A DNA stretch of 63,617 nucleotides, filler included, from Octopus bimaculoides (Eukaryota), in assembly GCF_001194135.2 (NCBI RefSeq). It is 7 parts of 7 records of this genome, joined end to end, with 100 filler letters (N's around TTAATTAATTAA, not from the genome) between each part and the next. Parts side by side here need not be neighbours in the genome. Positions count along the whole stretch, not along the records: positions 1 to 17,608 come from NC_068986.1; 6 more parts are not named here. The stretch is one strand, 5' to 3'. Below are positions 1-10,587 of the stretch, in pieces. Under the pieces are notes generated by a model. That model searched no databases. It saw only the letters and a program-made list of their open reading frames with translations, and had not been told where the DNA came from. Made by a program: the position numbers and the translations under genes. The number at the start of each line of letters is the position of its first letter. Position 1 is the stretch's first letter.

Positions 1-38
<38 letters not shown>

Positions 39-401
39 TATATACTCATATACACATGCTTGCATGCACTCACTTATACATAAAGAGATGTCTCCGATGT
101 GTGTTTAATTAATTCTGAATTTTTTTATTCAGCACTTTCATTGAAAAATATCTCATGCTTCACTGAATTAATATGCCTATTATGAAGGGCATGTGTATCT
201 ATTATCCACTTACATTGGCTCCCGAGTTTGTGATAATCTTTTCAAGAAATCCACACCTTACACTTTTGGCTGAGTATTTGAGAAGTCTTCATTTAGCTTC
301 AGGGAGAAAGAATTTTCCATTCACACATATAATGCATTTGTTCTGTCCTCTGCTCTCATTTTGTTAATCTCGCGTTGACTCATAGCAGGCCTGTGTGTAT
401 T

Positions 402-444
<43 letters not shown>

Positions 445-446
<2 letters not shown>

Positions 447-765
447 GGCACTCTATAGGTTGCAATGACTAGTGCTCCAGTTGATCCGATCATTTGGAAC
501 AGCCTGCTCGTGAAATTAACACGCAAATGACTGAGCACTCCACAGACACATGTCCCCTTAATGTAGTTCTCAGGAAGAGTCAGTATGACACACAATGTGA
601 CAAGGCTAGCCCTTGGAAATACAGGTACTACTCATTTTTGCCAGCTGAGTGGACTGGAGCAACGTGAAATAAAGTGTCTTGCTCAAGGACACAATGCGTT
701 GCCAAGAATTGAACACATGTTCTTATGATCATGAGCTTAATACCCTAACCACTAAGCCACATGCC
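445..765 (-). mobile_element. tRNA-derived SINE (head differs from the 4531 family, 3' half shared)
   Basis: Minus strand starts GTGGCTTAGTGGTTAGGG (A box) ... GTGTTCAATTC (B box-like), then GTGTCCTTGAGCAAGACAC. The 3' half (CCTTGTCAC...GAGCAGGCTGTTCC...GATCAACTGG...GTGCC) matches 4750-4908 and 49405-49560. Confidence 0.8.
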
Positions 766-1174
766 TTTATACACCACACACACACACATAAATATCTTAT
801 GATAATTCTGTTTGTCATTATGTTACTTAGCCCATCGGTAACACTTTCATATGATTAATGAAAAAGTGGGAGAAAGAAAAGAGGGAGAGAGGAAAAGAGA
901 ATAAGGTGAAGTGTGAGGCAGAAAGAGAAAGAAAGAAAATGAGAGAGAGAGAGAAAAGATGGAGAGAGAAGCATCCATGACATGTGGTAGGGGGAACGTA
1001 GTTAAAAAAGTGAGTTGAAGGTAGTGATATAGAGGAGCATTAGAAATATAATTTTAGCAGAGAGGTGATGTTCTGATTGGGAGATTAAAGAAAGACACAG
1101 AGAGAGGAGAGAGAGAGAAGGTGGTGATGATGAGTGCATAGTGAAAAGTAATTTTTTAAAAATTGAACAATGTT

Positions 1175-1886
1175 TTTTATATCACCTATCACTTAACACA
1201 TGCGCATCCCAAACTTGCCATTCACTTTAGAAAGAAACCAGTTTCTTGTTTACCCATCAGATGCAATGGTTATTAATATATCACAAGGGCAGACATTTGA
1301 TAAAGTGGGGCTGTTCTTGTCGGAACCTGTATTCAGCCTCTATTCGGCCATGCATTCTCAAGGGCTCACAAATTATCTGATGTGAGAGTTTAAATTATCA
1401 ACATTAACAAACAAAGGAGAAGAAGAGGGAGAACTTACAAGAAGAACATTAATCTGCAAAGAAGTATTGGATTGAAAGGTGTATGCAAATTGAAATATGT
1501 ATTGGCTCTGACCCATCACCTTGGCTTATATGTTACCAATGATGTGGTTTTCAGAGTATGTCATGTTGCATTAGATTTTTACCGCCATGAAATTGTGACT
1601 CATATATTTCACATATAAAATAATTTCTTTTACTATAAAACTTTTATTTTCTAGATATGAAATTGTGACCATGAAAATTTTAAAATGTAATTTTTTTCTG
1701 TTTATGAGAAAAATGGAAAAATAAAAGTGAATATTTATTTTATGAGTACTGTGTATTAAGTCTATAAAATTGTGCATAAAGTATATAAGAGCACAAGCTG
1801 TGGTTTCAGATTTCTTGGATAAAATTTTCTGGAATAACCCAAAAGGTTTACTATTAATTCTGTGAAATATTCACGGGTCACGCTAG
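1175..1886 (+). mobile_element. Helitron 3' end: degraded PIF1-like helicase C-terminus plus terminal hairpin and CTAG
   Basis: LPFTLERNQFLV...AMVINISQGQTFDKVGLFLSEPVFS resembles the Helitron helicase LPFxLxRRQFPV..AMTINKSQGQT..VGLYL.EPVFSHGQ. After frameshifts it reads AFSRAH..DVRV and TLICKEVLD*. Hairpin CTGTGAAATATTCACGG at 1860-1876, CTAG at 1883-1886, followed by T. Confidence 0.85.
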
Positions 1887-1892
1887 TATATA

Positions 1893-3012
1893 TCATCATC
1901 ATCATCATCATCATCATTGTTTAACATCCGCTTTCCATGCTAGCATGGGTTGGACGATTTGACTGAGGACTGGTGAAACCAGATGGCAACACCAGGCTCC
2001 AGTCTGATTTGGCAGAGTTTCTACAGCTGGATGCCCTTCCTAACGCCAACCACTCAGAGAGTGTAGTGGGTGCTTTTACGTGTCACCCGCACGAAAACNN
2101 NNNNNNNNNNNNNNNNNNNNNNNNNNNNNNNNNNNNNNNNNNNNNNNNNNNNNNNNNNNNNNNNNNNNNNNNNNNNNNNNNNNNNNNNNNNNNNNNNNNN
2201 NNNNNNNNNNNNNNNNNNNNNNNNNNNNNNNNNNNNNNNNNNNNNNNNNNNNNNNNNNNNNNNNNNNNNNNNNNNNNNNNNNNNNNNNNNNNNNNNNNNN
2301 NNNNNNNNNNNNNNNNNNNNNNNNNNNNNNNNNNNNNNNNNNNNNNNNNNNNNNNNNNNNNNNNNNNNNNNNNNNNNNNNNNNNNNNNNNNNNNNNNNNN
2401 NNNNNNNNNNNNNNNNNNNNNNNNNNNNNNNNNNNNNNNNNNNNNNNNNNNNNNNNNNNNNNNNNNNNNNNNNNNNNNNNNNNNNNNNNNNNNNNNNNNN
2501 NNNNNNNNNNNNNNNNNNNNNNNNNNNNNNNNNNNNNNNNNNNNNNNNNNNNNNNNNNNNNNNNNNNNNNNNNNNNNNNNNNNNNNNNNNNNNNNNNNNN
2601 NNNNNNNNNNNNNNNNNNNNACGTTCAGCTTTTCTCTCAAGATACTTACACTCTGACGGGTATTCACATTGACATTACACATCCAACGGAGCATACTGGC
2701 TTCATTCCTTGCGAGCTTACGTATGTCCTCAGCAGTTACAGCCCATGTTTCACTGCCATGTAGCATGGTTGTTCGTACGCATGCGTCATACAGTCTGCCT
2801 TTTACTCTGAGTGAGAGTCCCTTTGTCGCCAGCAGGGGTAAGAGCTCTCTAAACTTTGCCCAGGCTATTCTTATTCTAGCAGCTACACTTTCAGCGCACC
2901 CACCCCCACTACTAACTTGGTCGCCCAGATAGCGGAAGCTATTGACTACCTCTAGTTTTTCACCCTGGAATGAGATAGAAGTTGTTTCCTGTTTGTTTAC
3001 AGTCTTTATTAT
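1893..3012 (-). mobile_element. 5'-truncated RTE-clade LINE (post-RT ORF C-terminus, 3' UTR, (ATG)n tail; middle in N gap)
   Basis: ORF 3015->2621 reads EVVNSFRYLG...AARIRIAWAKFRELLPLL...KGRLYDACVRTTMLHGSETW...EASMLRWMC, typical of RTE/RTEX. The 3' UTR at 1915-2098 ends in (CAT)n on the plus strand. Confidence 0.9.
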
Positions 3013-3019
3013 CACATCA

Positions 3020-3290
3020 TCGTAATCATCATCATCATCATCATCATTTTAATGTCCACTTATCCATATTTGCATGGCTTGAATGGAATTTGTTGAGAGT
3101 GGATTTTCTACTGCTGGACACCCTTCTTGTTAATAACTCATACCTGTTTCAAAGTAAGGTAATATTTCCTTATGGCTAGACATGTTTACAAGGAAAATTG
3201 TAAAATGAAAAACACTGCTTGCATGATGGGGAAACTCGTTTGCAGCTATCAAGTCATGTGTAGACAAGGAAACACTAACACACACACACA
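3020..3290 (-). mobile_element. Diverged RTE-tail copy (short truncated LINE or RTE-tailed SINE)
   Basis: (CAT)n followed by TTTAATGTCCAC..TCCAT..TTGCATGG...TTTTCTACTGCTGGACACCCTTC, homologous to 1915-2050. Further diverged copies at ~11360-11630 and ~14400-14620. Confidence 0.65.
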
Positions 3291-3361
3291 ACCACACACA
3301 AACATATATAAATGTGTGTGTGTGTGTATGTACATATGTGTATGTATATACATGAAATTTT

Positions 3362-3769
3362 GAGGGTGGGGTGCTAATTAATTACATCAGCCTCAGTGTT
3401 TGACTGGTGCTTATTTTATCAACCCCAAAAGGACAAAAGGCAAAGATGACCTCAGTAGAATTTAAACCCAGAACATAAGGACAGTCAAAATGCTTTAAGC
3501 GTTTTGTCCTGCATTCTAACTATTCTGCCATCTTACTGCCTTAATAATAATAATCCTTTCTGCTGTAGGCAAAAGGCCTGAAATATTTGGTGGGGAGGGG
3601 ACTAATTGATTACATTGAGTCCTGTATTCAACTGACACTTATTTCATCAACCCAGAAAGGTGACAGGCAAAGTTGGCCATGGTAGATTTTGAACTCAGAA
3701 CATAAAGGCAGAAAAAATACTGTTAAGAATTTTGTCCAGCTTGCTAATGAGTCTGCCAGCTCCCCGCTT
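3362..3769 (-). mobile_element. Two head-to-tail copies of SINE family A (tRNA-like head GGCGGTGAGCTGGCAGAAT, (TTA)n tail)
   Basis: Heads end at ~3542 and ~3769 (plus-strand TTCTGCCAGCTC..C). Shared body TTCTGAGTTCAAA...GATAAAATAAGTACCAG; tail ATTATT adjacent to GAAAGG. Confidence 0.8.
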
Positions 3770-3770
3770 T

Positions 3771-3771
<1 letters not shown>

Positions 3772-3835
<64 letters not shown>

Positions 3836-3860
3836 TAATAATAATAATAATAATAATAAT
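3772..3860. repeat. (AAT)n microsatellite
   Basis: About 30 near-perfect AAT units, directly visible. Confidence 0.95.
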
Positions 3861-3877
3861 GAAACCCCTAACTGGCT

Positions 3878-4122
3878 CTCATGCCTGTGGCATATAAAAA
3901 GTACGATCCGAACATGGTCAGAACCAGTGTCCCCACTGGTTCTGACCATGGCATGTAAAAAGCACCCACTACACTCTTGTGGTTGGCGTTAGGAAAGGCA
4001 TCCGGCTGTAGAAACCTTGCCAGATCAGATTGAAGCCTGGTGCAGCCTTCTAGCTCACCAGTCCTCAGTCAAACTGTCCATCCCATGCCAGCATGGAAAA
4101 CGGATGTTAAACGATGATGATG
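3878..4122 (+). mobile_element. RTE 3'-UTR/tail copy with (GAT)n tail
   Basis: GTAAAAAGCACCCACTACACTC..GTGGTTGGCGTTAGGAAAGGCATCC...CCATGCCAGCATGGAAAACGGATGTTAAACGATGATG is the reverse complement of the LINE tail at 1915-2098. Another copy at 16090-16298. Confidence 0.85.
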
Positions 4123-4123
4123 A

Positions 4124-4450
4124 ATAATCCTTTCTACTATAGGTGCAAGGCAAGAAATTTAGGGGAGGAGGATAGTCAATTAGATCAACCCCAGTCCTCA
4201 ACTGGTACTTATTTTATCGACCCTGAAAGGATGAAAGGTAATGTCGACCTTGGTGGAATTTGAACTCAGAATGTAAATGCCACTAAACATTTTGCCCAGT
4301 GTGCTAATGATTCTGCCAGCTCACCACTTCCATAATAATAATAATAATTAATTCGGTTTTTTTGGAAGGCACAAGGCCTTGAAATTTTGGAGGAGCGGAC
4401 TAGTCAATTACATTGACCCCAGCATTCAACTGGTACTTATTTCATCGATC
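4124..4450 (-). mobile_element. SINE family A: full copy (4124-4328) plus partial copy (4355-4450)
   Basis: Same body and head motifs as 3548-3769. Confidence 0.8.
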
Positions 4451-4462
4451 CCAATAATATCG

Positions 4463-4489
<27 letters not shown>

Positions 4490-4493
<4 letters not shown>

Positions 4494-5352
4494 TCTTTTG
4501 GGATTTTATGATTCAGTGCAACCATGAGCAGTGGAGACACAATGGCCCAGTGGTTAGGGCAGCTGACTCATGGTCATAGGATCGCGGTTTCAATTCCCAG
4601 ACCGGGCGTTGTGAGTGTTTATTGAGCGAAAACACCTAAAGCTCCACAAGGCTCTGGCAGGGGATGGTGGTGAACCCTGTTGTACTCTTTCACCACAACT
4701 TTCTCTCACTCTTACTTCCTGTTTCTGTTGTGCCTGTAATTCAAAGGGTCAGCCTTGTCACACTGTGTCATGCTGAATATCCCCAAGAACTACGTCAAGG
4801 GTACACGTGTCTGTGGAGTGCTCAGCCACTTGCACGTTAGTTTCATGAGCAGGCTGTTCCGTTGATCAGATCAACTGGAACCCTCGACGTCGTAAGCGAC
4901 GGAGTGCCAACAACAGCAACCATGAGCTAGAGAATAGGAAATCAGACATAGTGTTATTTGAGAAAGAAAGCAAATGATGCTGGATCACAGCATGCCCAGC
5001 TGATAACAAGGTATGTGATGAGGAAGAGGGAAAAGTCGATAGTTATGACAGGTTAGCTTGGGAAGTTAAGCAGTTGTGGTTGATGAAAAAAAGGTGGTAG
5101 TAGTACCAATAATCGTCGGAGCCCTGAGAACAGTGAGTAAAATTCTTGAGAAGTACATGGAACAAATAGGGGCTGCAATAAGGGTGGAGCACTTGCAGAA
5201 AACAGCACTTCTTGGAACCGCTCGAATACTCCGGATGGTGCTCGAAAAATAAGAGGTGTTAACTTAGTTCACTGGTAGAAAACAGCTGGCAACGTAGTAC
5301 ATCTCCAGCGTCAGAAGCTGTGCAAAGACAATAAATAATAACAATAATAATA
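4490..5352 (+). mobile_element. R4/Dong-type RLE LINE 3' fragment, interrupted by a SINE, (AAT)n tail
   Basis: With the SINE removed it reads ILWDFMIQCNHELENRKSDIVLFEKESK*CWITACPADNKV..EEEGKVDSYDRLAWEVKQLW..KVVVVPIIVGAL..V...LQKTALLGTARILRMVLEK*, the RLE domain (PD..D-like motif, GAL, LQK.ALLGT.RILR). Flanked by AAT tracts on both sides. Confidence 0.85.
4531..4915 (+). mobile_element. Full-length tRNA-derived SINE (family C) with 12-bp TSD
   Basis: A box TGGCCCAGTGGTTAGG (4543-4558), B box GGTTTCAATTCC (4586-4597), CAA tail. TSD GCAACCATGAGC at 4518-4529 and 4916-4927. Confidence 0.9.
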
Positions 5353-5858
5353 ATCCTTTTCTAATATAGACACAAGGCCTGAAATTTGAGGGAGGGATTT
5401 AGTCAATTACAGTGTTAAACTGGTACTTATTTTATCGATCCCAAAAGGATAAAAGCAAGTTGACCATGACAGCATTTGAACTTAAAATGTAAAGTTGAAA
5501 GAAATTTTACTAAGCATTTTTTTCCAGAGCAGTAACGATTCTGCCAGCTCACTGCCTTAATAATGACGATGATGATGATGATAATAATAATAATGACAAT
5601 CCTTTCTACTATAGGCACAAGGCCTGAAATAATAATGATAATAATAATAATAATAATCCTTTCTACAAGGCCTGAAATATGGAGGAAGGGGATCGTCGAT
5701 TACATCAACCCAGTACTCAACTGGTATTTATTTTATCGACTTCGAGAGGATGAAAGGCTAAGTCAACCTTGGCAGCATTTGAACTCAGAATGTGAAGACA
5801 GATGAAATACTGCTAAGCATTTCACCCAAAATGCTAACGGTTCTACCAGCTCGCCGCT
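5345..5858 (-). mobile_element. Tandem SINE family A copies (5345-5558, 5598-5858) separated by (AAT)/(GAT) tracts
   Basis: Heads TTCTGCCAGCTCACTGCC (~5540-5557) and TTCTACCAGCTCGCCGC (~5840-5857). The tail segment CCTTTCTAC..CACAAGGCCTGAAAT is duplicated. Confidence 0.8.
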
Positions 5859-5929
5859 TTTAATAAAAATTTATTATGACCCCCAACGTGATTCGAACAT
5901 ACAGCTTTCTGATCTGGAGTCAGACATGC

Positions 5930-5979
<50 letters not shown>

Positions 5980-6529
5980 ATAATAATAGAACTACTTTTG
6001 TATAAGGGAGTTTAAAGTGGAATTCACTCCTGTCTGCATATCTATGAAATGAACAGTAAAAGCACTAAAACCGCATTCAGCTTTTCTGGCCTCTAATAAT
6101 TCTAATTAGCACATCTATATCCATTCATGAATTAGCCAAAACAGAAACTCACACGAGATAATTAAATTAAATTAAAGTCATTCATGCCACATAAATACTT
6201 ATCACATTCCTCAGACAAATTCTTTAATACTTTGCAAAATAGCAAACGAGCACACAGCATTTTTACTGTGGTTAGGGAGAGCTTTTTTACTGATGTCCCT
6301 ATGAAGAAAATCATTAAAATATAATTAGAGAATGTTTTGAAACATCATGTAAAAAGAATTTACTGGAATATTTATCCATAGAAAAGACAAAAGAATGTGC
6401 ATCTTTAGCTGTATGTAGTTGATAATGGCTTCCCCACATTCATACACATAGATATTCACATACATGCTCTCTGCCATTCCAGATATACTCTTGATATTGT
6501 GATTGTATTAGCTAATTTATAATCAATAG

Positions 6530-6724
6530 GCACAGTCGTAGCTGTGTGGGTAAGAAGTTTGATTCCCTACCACATGGTTATAGGTTCATCCCCACCTTGG
6601 GTATGTTTCTTCCAGTATGATCCAAGGCTGACCAAAACCTTGTGAATGGATTTGATAGATGGAGTAGATATACATGTGTGTGCGTGTGTGTGTGTATAGA
6701 CACATGCATATATAAATGATGGTG

Positions 6725-6771
<47 letters not shown>

Positions 6772-6781
6772 NNNNNNNNNN

Positions 6782-6815
<34 letters not shown>

Positions 6816-7100
6816 GCACACACACATATATGTGAATGATGATGGTGATTGTGAGAGAGAGAGACACACATGCACACATGTGTGTCAATGTGTTTGTGTT
6901 AATGCCCACCACAGTTTAATAACCAGTGTTGGTTTGTTTACATCCCCATAACTTAGTGATCCAAAAAAGAGACTAATAGAATAAGTACCAGTCTAAAAAC
7001 AAACAAACAAAACATTAAATACTAGAGTTGATTCATTCAACTAAAACCCTTCAAGGTAGTGCCCCGGCATGGCCAATCACTATAACAATAAAAAATAAAT
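6530..7100 (+). mobile_element. SINE family B (tRNA-like head, internal (TA)n/(TG)n tract, conserved 3' half)
   Basis: 5' half GTAAGAAG..CCACATGGTT...GGTTCA..CCCAC..CACCTTGGG..GTCTTC; 3' half ACAACC..TGTTGGT.TGTTTACATCCCC.TAACTTAG...GATAGAATAAGTAC...GGTGCTCCAGCATGGCC. Other whole or half copies at ~8800-9085(-), 9690-9840(-), 10230-10390, 10620-10900(-), 11680-11830(-), 12470-12670(-), 12685-13050, 13240-13435, 13490-13640(-), 15550-15730, 17085-17290, 26090-26250, 27410-27605, 60760-60880(-), 60910-61065(-). Confidence 0.8.
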
Positions 7101-7201
7101 GATAAAAGCCATTGAACTTAATCTATTGCTGTCAAATGTTTTACTTTCTATTCACTTTCAGCTTATAAATCAGAGATTGTTTTGCAGAGAGATTAAAATG
7201 T

Positions 7202-7546
7202 AACAAGAGCACTCAGAGAGCGCAAACCTCTGCCAAGGCAACACCAACGTCCTCTCAATAATTAACCACAGAGGAATTTTAAAATGAGAATATCTGAAAT
7301 AAACTCGACTGCTCTCACAAATGAGAATACTAAAAATGAACCCAACTGCTCTCAAAAATTAATTAAAAGAACAGGAAAAATAATCCAGAATCTTTGTCTG
7401 GTACTGGATCGATCCTAAAATCTAATAAGTTTGTTCCAGTCATGAGGCTAAACATACCTGAAAGTTTCATCCGAATCCATCCAGTGGTTCTTGAGATATC
7501 TTGTCCATGGACAAGCAAACAAAAACACAACTGAAAACACTATCTC
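7202..7546 (+). mobile_element. Non-autonomous Helentron-associated (HINE/DINE-1/Pearl-like) element, 3' end lost in gap
   Basis: Starts ACAAGAGCACTCAGAGAGCGCAAACCTCTGCCAAGG. 3' part CCTGAAAGTTTCATCCGAATCCATCCAGTGGTTCTTGAGATATCTTGTCCATGGACA...GAAAACA resembles HINE termini (recognised from memory). Confidence 0.65.
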
Positions 7547-8058
7547 NNNNNNNNNNNNNNNNNNNNNNNNNNNNNNNNNNNNNNNNNNNNNNNNNNNNNN
7601 NNNNNNNNNNNNNNNNNNNNNNNNNNNNNNNNNNNNNNNNNNNNNNNNNNNNNNNNNNNNNNNNNNNNNNNNNNNNNNNNNNNNNNNNNNNNNNNNNNNN
7701 NNNNNNNNNNNNNNNNNNNNNNNNNNNNNNNNNNNNNNNNNNNNNNNNNNNNNNNNNNNNNNNNNNNNNNNNNNNNNNNNNNNNNNNNNNNNNNNNNNNN
7801 NNNNNNNNNNNNNNNNNNNNNNNNNNNNNNNNNNNNNNNNNNNNNNNNNNNNNNNNNNNNNNNNNNNNNNNNNNNNNNNNNNNNNNNNNNNNNNNNNNNN
7901 NNNNNNNNNNNNNNNNNNNNNNNNNNNNNNNNNNNNNNNNNNNNNNNNNNNNNNNNNNNNNNNNNNNNNNNNNNNNNNNNNNNNNNNNNNNNNNNNNNNN
8001 NNNNNNNNNNNNNNNNNNNNNNNNNNNNNNNNNNNNNNNNNNNNNNNNNNNNNNNNAT

Positions 8059-8307
8059 AATCAAACAATAAGCAACACGGATTTCAAAAGTGATTGTAGT
8101 ACGCACGTTTCATGCTACTTCAATTTATTTAAGTAATGTGAGCATTATTATATTATAATATGTCTTTTTTTCTACATTTTCGTGCAGCTGAAGATTGCTC
8201 TTCATATTGCATTTAAGGTAATGCTCACATTACTTAAATAAATTGAAGTAGCATGAAACGTGCGTACTACAATCACTTTTGAAATCCATGTTGCTTATTG
8301 TTTGATT
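8059..8307. repeat. Foldback element: 89-bp inverted arms, 71-bp spacer, degenerate hammerhead motif
   Basis: Arms 8059-8147 and 8219-8307 differ at one position by my alignment. CTGAAGA at 8188-8194; GAAAC-GTGC-GTA at 8255-8266. Confidence 0.85.
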
Positions 8308-8390
8308 TTAATCACCCATCCTTTTGGGATGTGATATTCGGGTGCCTTCGCATAAGTACCATATTCAAGCCTTGAATCTATATTTACTGG

Positions 8391-8693
8391 AAGGTACCAA
8401 TATTTACTGGAAAATAGCAACCGATACAAATACGACTCTATTGTAAAGCTTCACTGCATATATACTGGCAAAGACGTGTGAGAGCAACAAACATGAAAAA
8501 TTTGTCTTACCTCCAGGAAGAACATTCGATAAATGGACCACCCAGAATCGGACAATGCAAGACCGGTTTCTGACTCTTCCAATACGTTTGACAACGTAAA
8601 TTTGATCAGTCTTCATCAGTATATATGCAGTGAAGCTTTACAATAGCGTCATATTTGTATCGATTGCTATTTTCCAGTAAATATTGGTGCCTT
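8391..8693. repeat. Foldback element: ~77-bp inverted arms, ~150-bp spacer with hammerhead core
   Basis: Arms 8391-8467 and 8617-8693 are reverse complements with a few mismatches. Confidence 0.85.
8553..8630 (-). ncRNA. Putative type I minimal hammerhead ribozyme
   Basis: CTGATGA (8619-8613) - A-GACT...AGTC-A - GAAAC-CG-GTC (8570-8561). Stem I is weak (TGCA/TGCA with a TA-repeat bulge). Confidence 0.55.
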
Positions 8694-8775
8694 GTTGTAC
8701 CACTCATCTATATTTATATGTATAGTTCTACCCTTAAGGGGTTTTATTTTACTGGAAAGTAATACATTTTATTGC

Positions 8776-8806
<31 letters not shown>

Positions 8807-9089
8807 ATTCTTTTACTTGTTTCAGTCATTTGACTGTGGTCATGCTGGAGCACTGCCTTTAGTCGAACAAATCGAACCCAGGACTTATTCTTTGTAAGCC
8901 TTCTACTTTTTCTATCGTCACTTTTGCCAAACTGCTAAGTAATGGGGACATAAACACACCAACATCGGTTGTCAAGCGATGGTGTGGGGATGAACACAGA
9001 CACACACACAAATATATACATATATATGTATATACGACAAGCCTTTTTCAGTTTCCATCTACCAAATCTACTCACAAGGTTTTGGTCAT

Positions 9090-9686
9090 GGGATGAGGTG
9101 GTGAAGCATGATCTTTGAACTTTGAACCTCACAGAGGCAATGACTAGTGACTGAGACTTTTGGCGATATGCTGTGCTTGAGAAAACCTGTCAAGCCAAGT
9201 GAAATTGTAGTCGTGGCTGAAATTGGTGTCACATAACTGGCACTGGTGCTGGTGGCATGTAAAAAGCACCTTTTGAGCACTGGGCCTCATAAAGGCAAAG
9301 TTGCTGATGCCGGTGGCACAGGAAAAGCTCCTACTGAGTGTCGGGCCTCACAGAAGCAATGACCAAGATATTTGACATTATGTCATGCTTGAGAAGAAGA
9401 CCCATCAAGCCAAGTAGAATCACAGTCATGGTAGAATCACAAGCCAAGTAGAATCAGTCATGTCACGCAAATGGCACCCATGCTGATGGCATGCAAAAGC
9501 ACCTATAGCACTCTCATAGTGGTTAGTGTTAGGATAGGCATCCAGCTATAGAAACTGTGCCAAATCAGACTGGAGTTAGGTGCGGCCTTCCAGCTTACTA
9601 ACCCTGGTCAAACTGTCCAACCCATGCCAGCATGGACAACAGATGCTAAATGATGATAATGATGATGATGATGATGATGATGATGA
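9090..9686 (+). mobile_element. RTE LINE long 3' UTR with ~200-bp internal repeat units and (GAT)n tail
   Basis: CCTCACAGAGGCAATGAC...GCTTGAGAA..ACC..TCAAGCCAAGT...GTAAAAAGCACC occurs twice, followed by the RTE tail shared with 1915-2098. Confidence 0.7.
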
Positions 9687-9861
9687 TACGATGGGCTTCT
9701 TTCAGTTTCCATTTACCAAATCCACTCATAAGGCTTTGGTTGGCCCAAGGCTTATAGTAGAAGACACTTGCCCAAGGAGCCATGCAGTCGGACTGAACCC
9801 AGAACCATGTGGTTGGGAAGCAAGCTTCTTACCACACAATCACAACTGTGCGTATACACAC

Positions 9862-9906
<45 letters not shown>

Positions 9907-10412
9907 CACACACACACACAAATGCCACATATATACACATATATTCACACACATGTATGTATGTGTATTTATATGTATGTGTGTGTGCACATGCACACAC
10001 GAGTATGAGTGTGTATACACACAGCAACCCAGCCCAACATTTCTGAAAACTCATGAATTTAAACTTTTGAAAAAATCATACGTGAATTAATATTAAAACA
10101 AATAAATCTCCTTAGACAGTCTCTGAGCTTTTTCAACTTCATTTATTTCTCTTCTGTGCAACTTACTTGCATGGATTAATAACTACTTTGTCTATATTTG
10201 TGTGTGTGTGTGAGTTTGTGTAGGAGTGTTCCAGTGGAAGTATTACCAGTGTGTTTGTGTTTGTACTTCCACCTCTTGACAGCTAGTGCTGGTTTGTTTA
10301 CATCCCCATGACTTAGCAGTTCAACAAAGAGAAAAAAATATGTACTCGTGGCAACTTGCTCAATTAAATTATTCAGGCTGTGCCCCAGCATAATTGTAGT
10401 AAAAAATAAAAC

Positions 10413-10473
<61 letters not shown>

Positions 10474-10535
10474 NNNNNNNNNNNNNNNNNNNNNNNNNNN
10501 NNNNNNNNNNNNNNNNNNNNNNNNNNNNNNNNACA

Positions 10536-10587
<52 letters not shown>

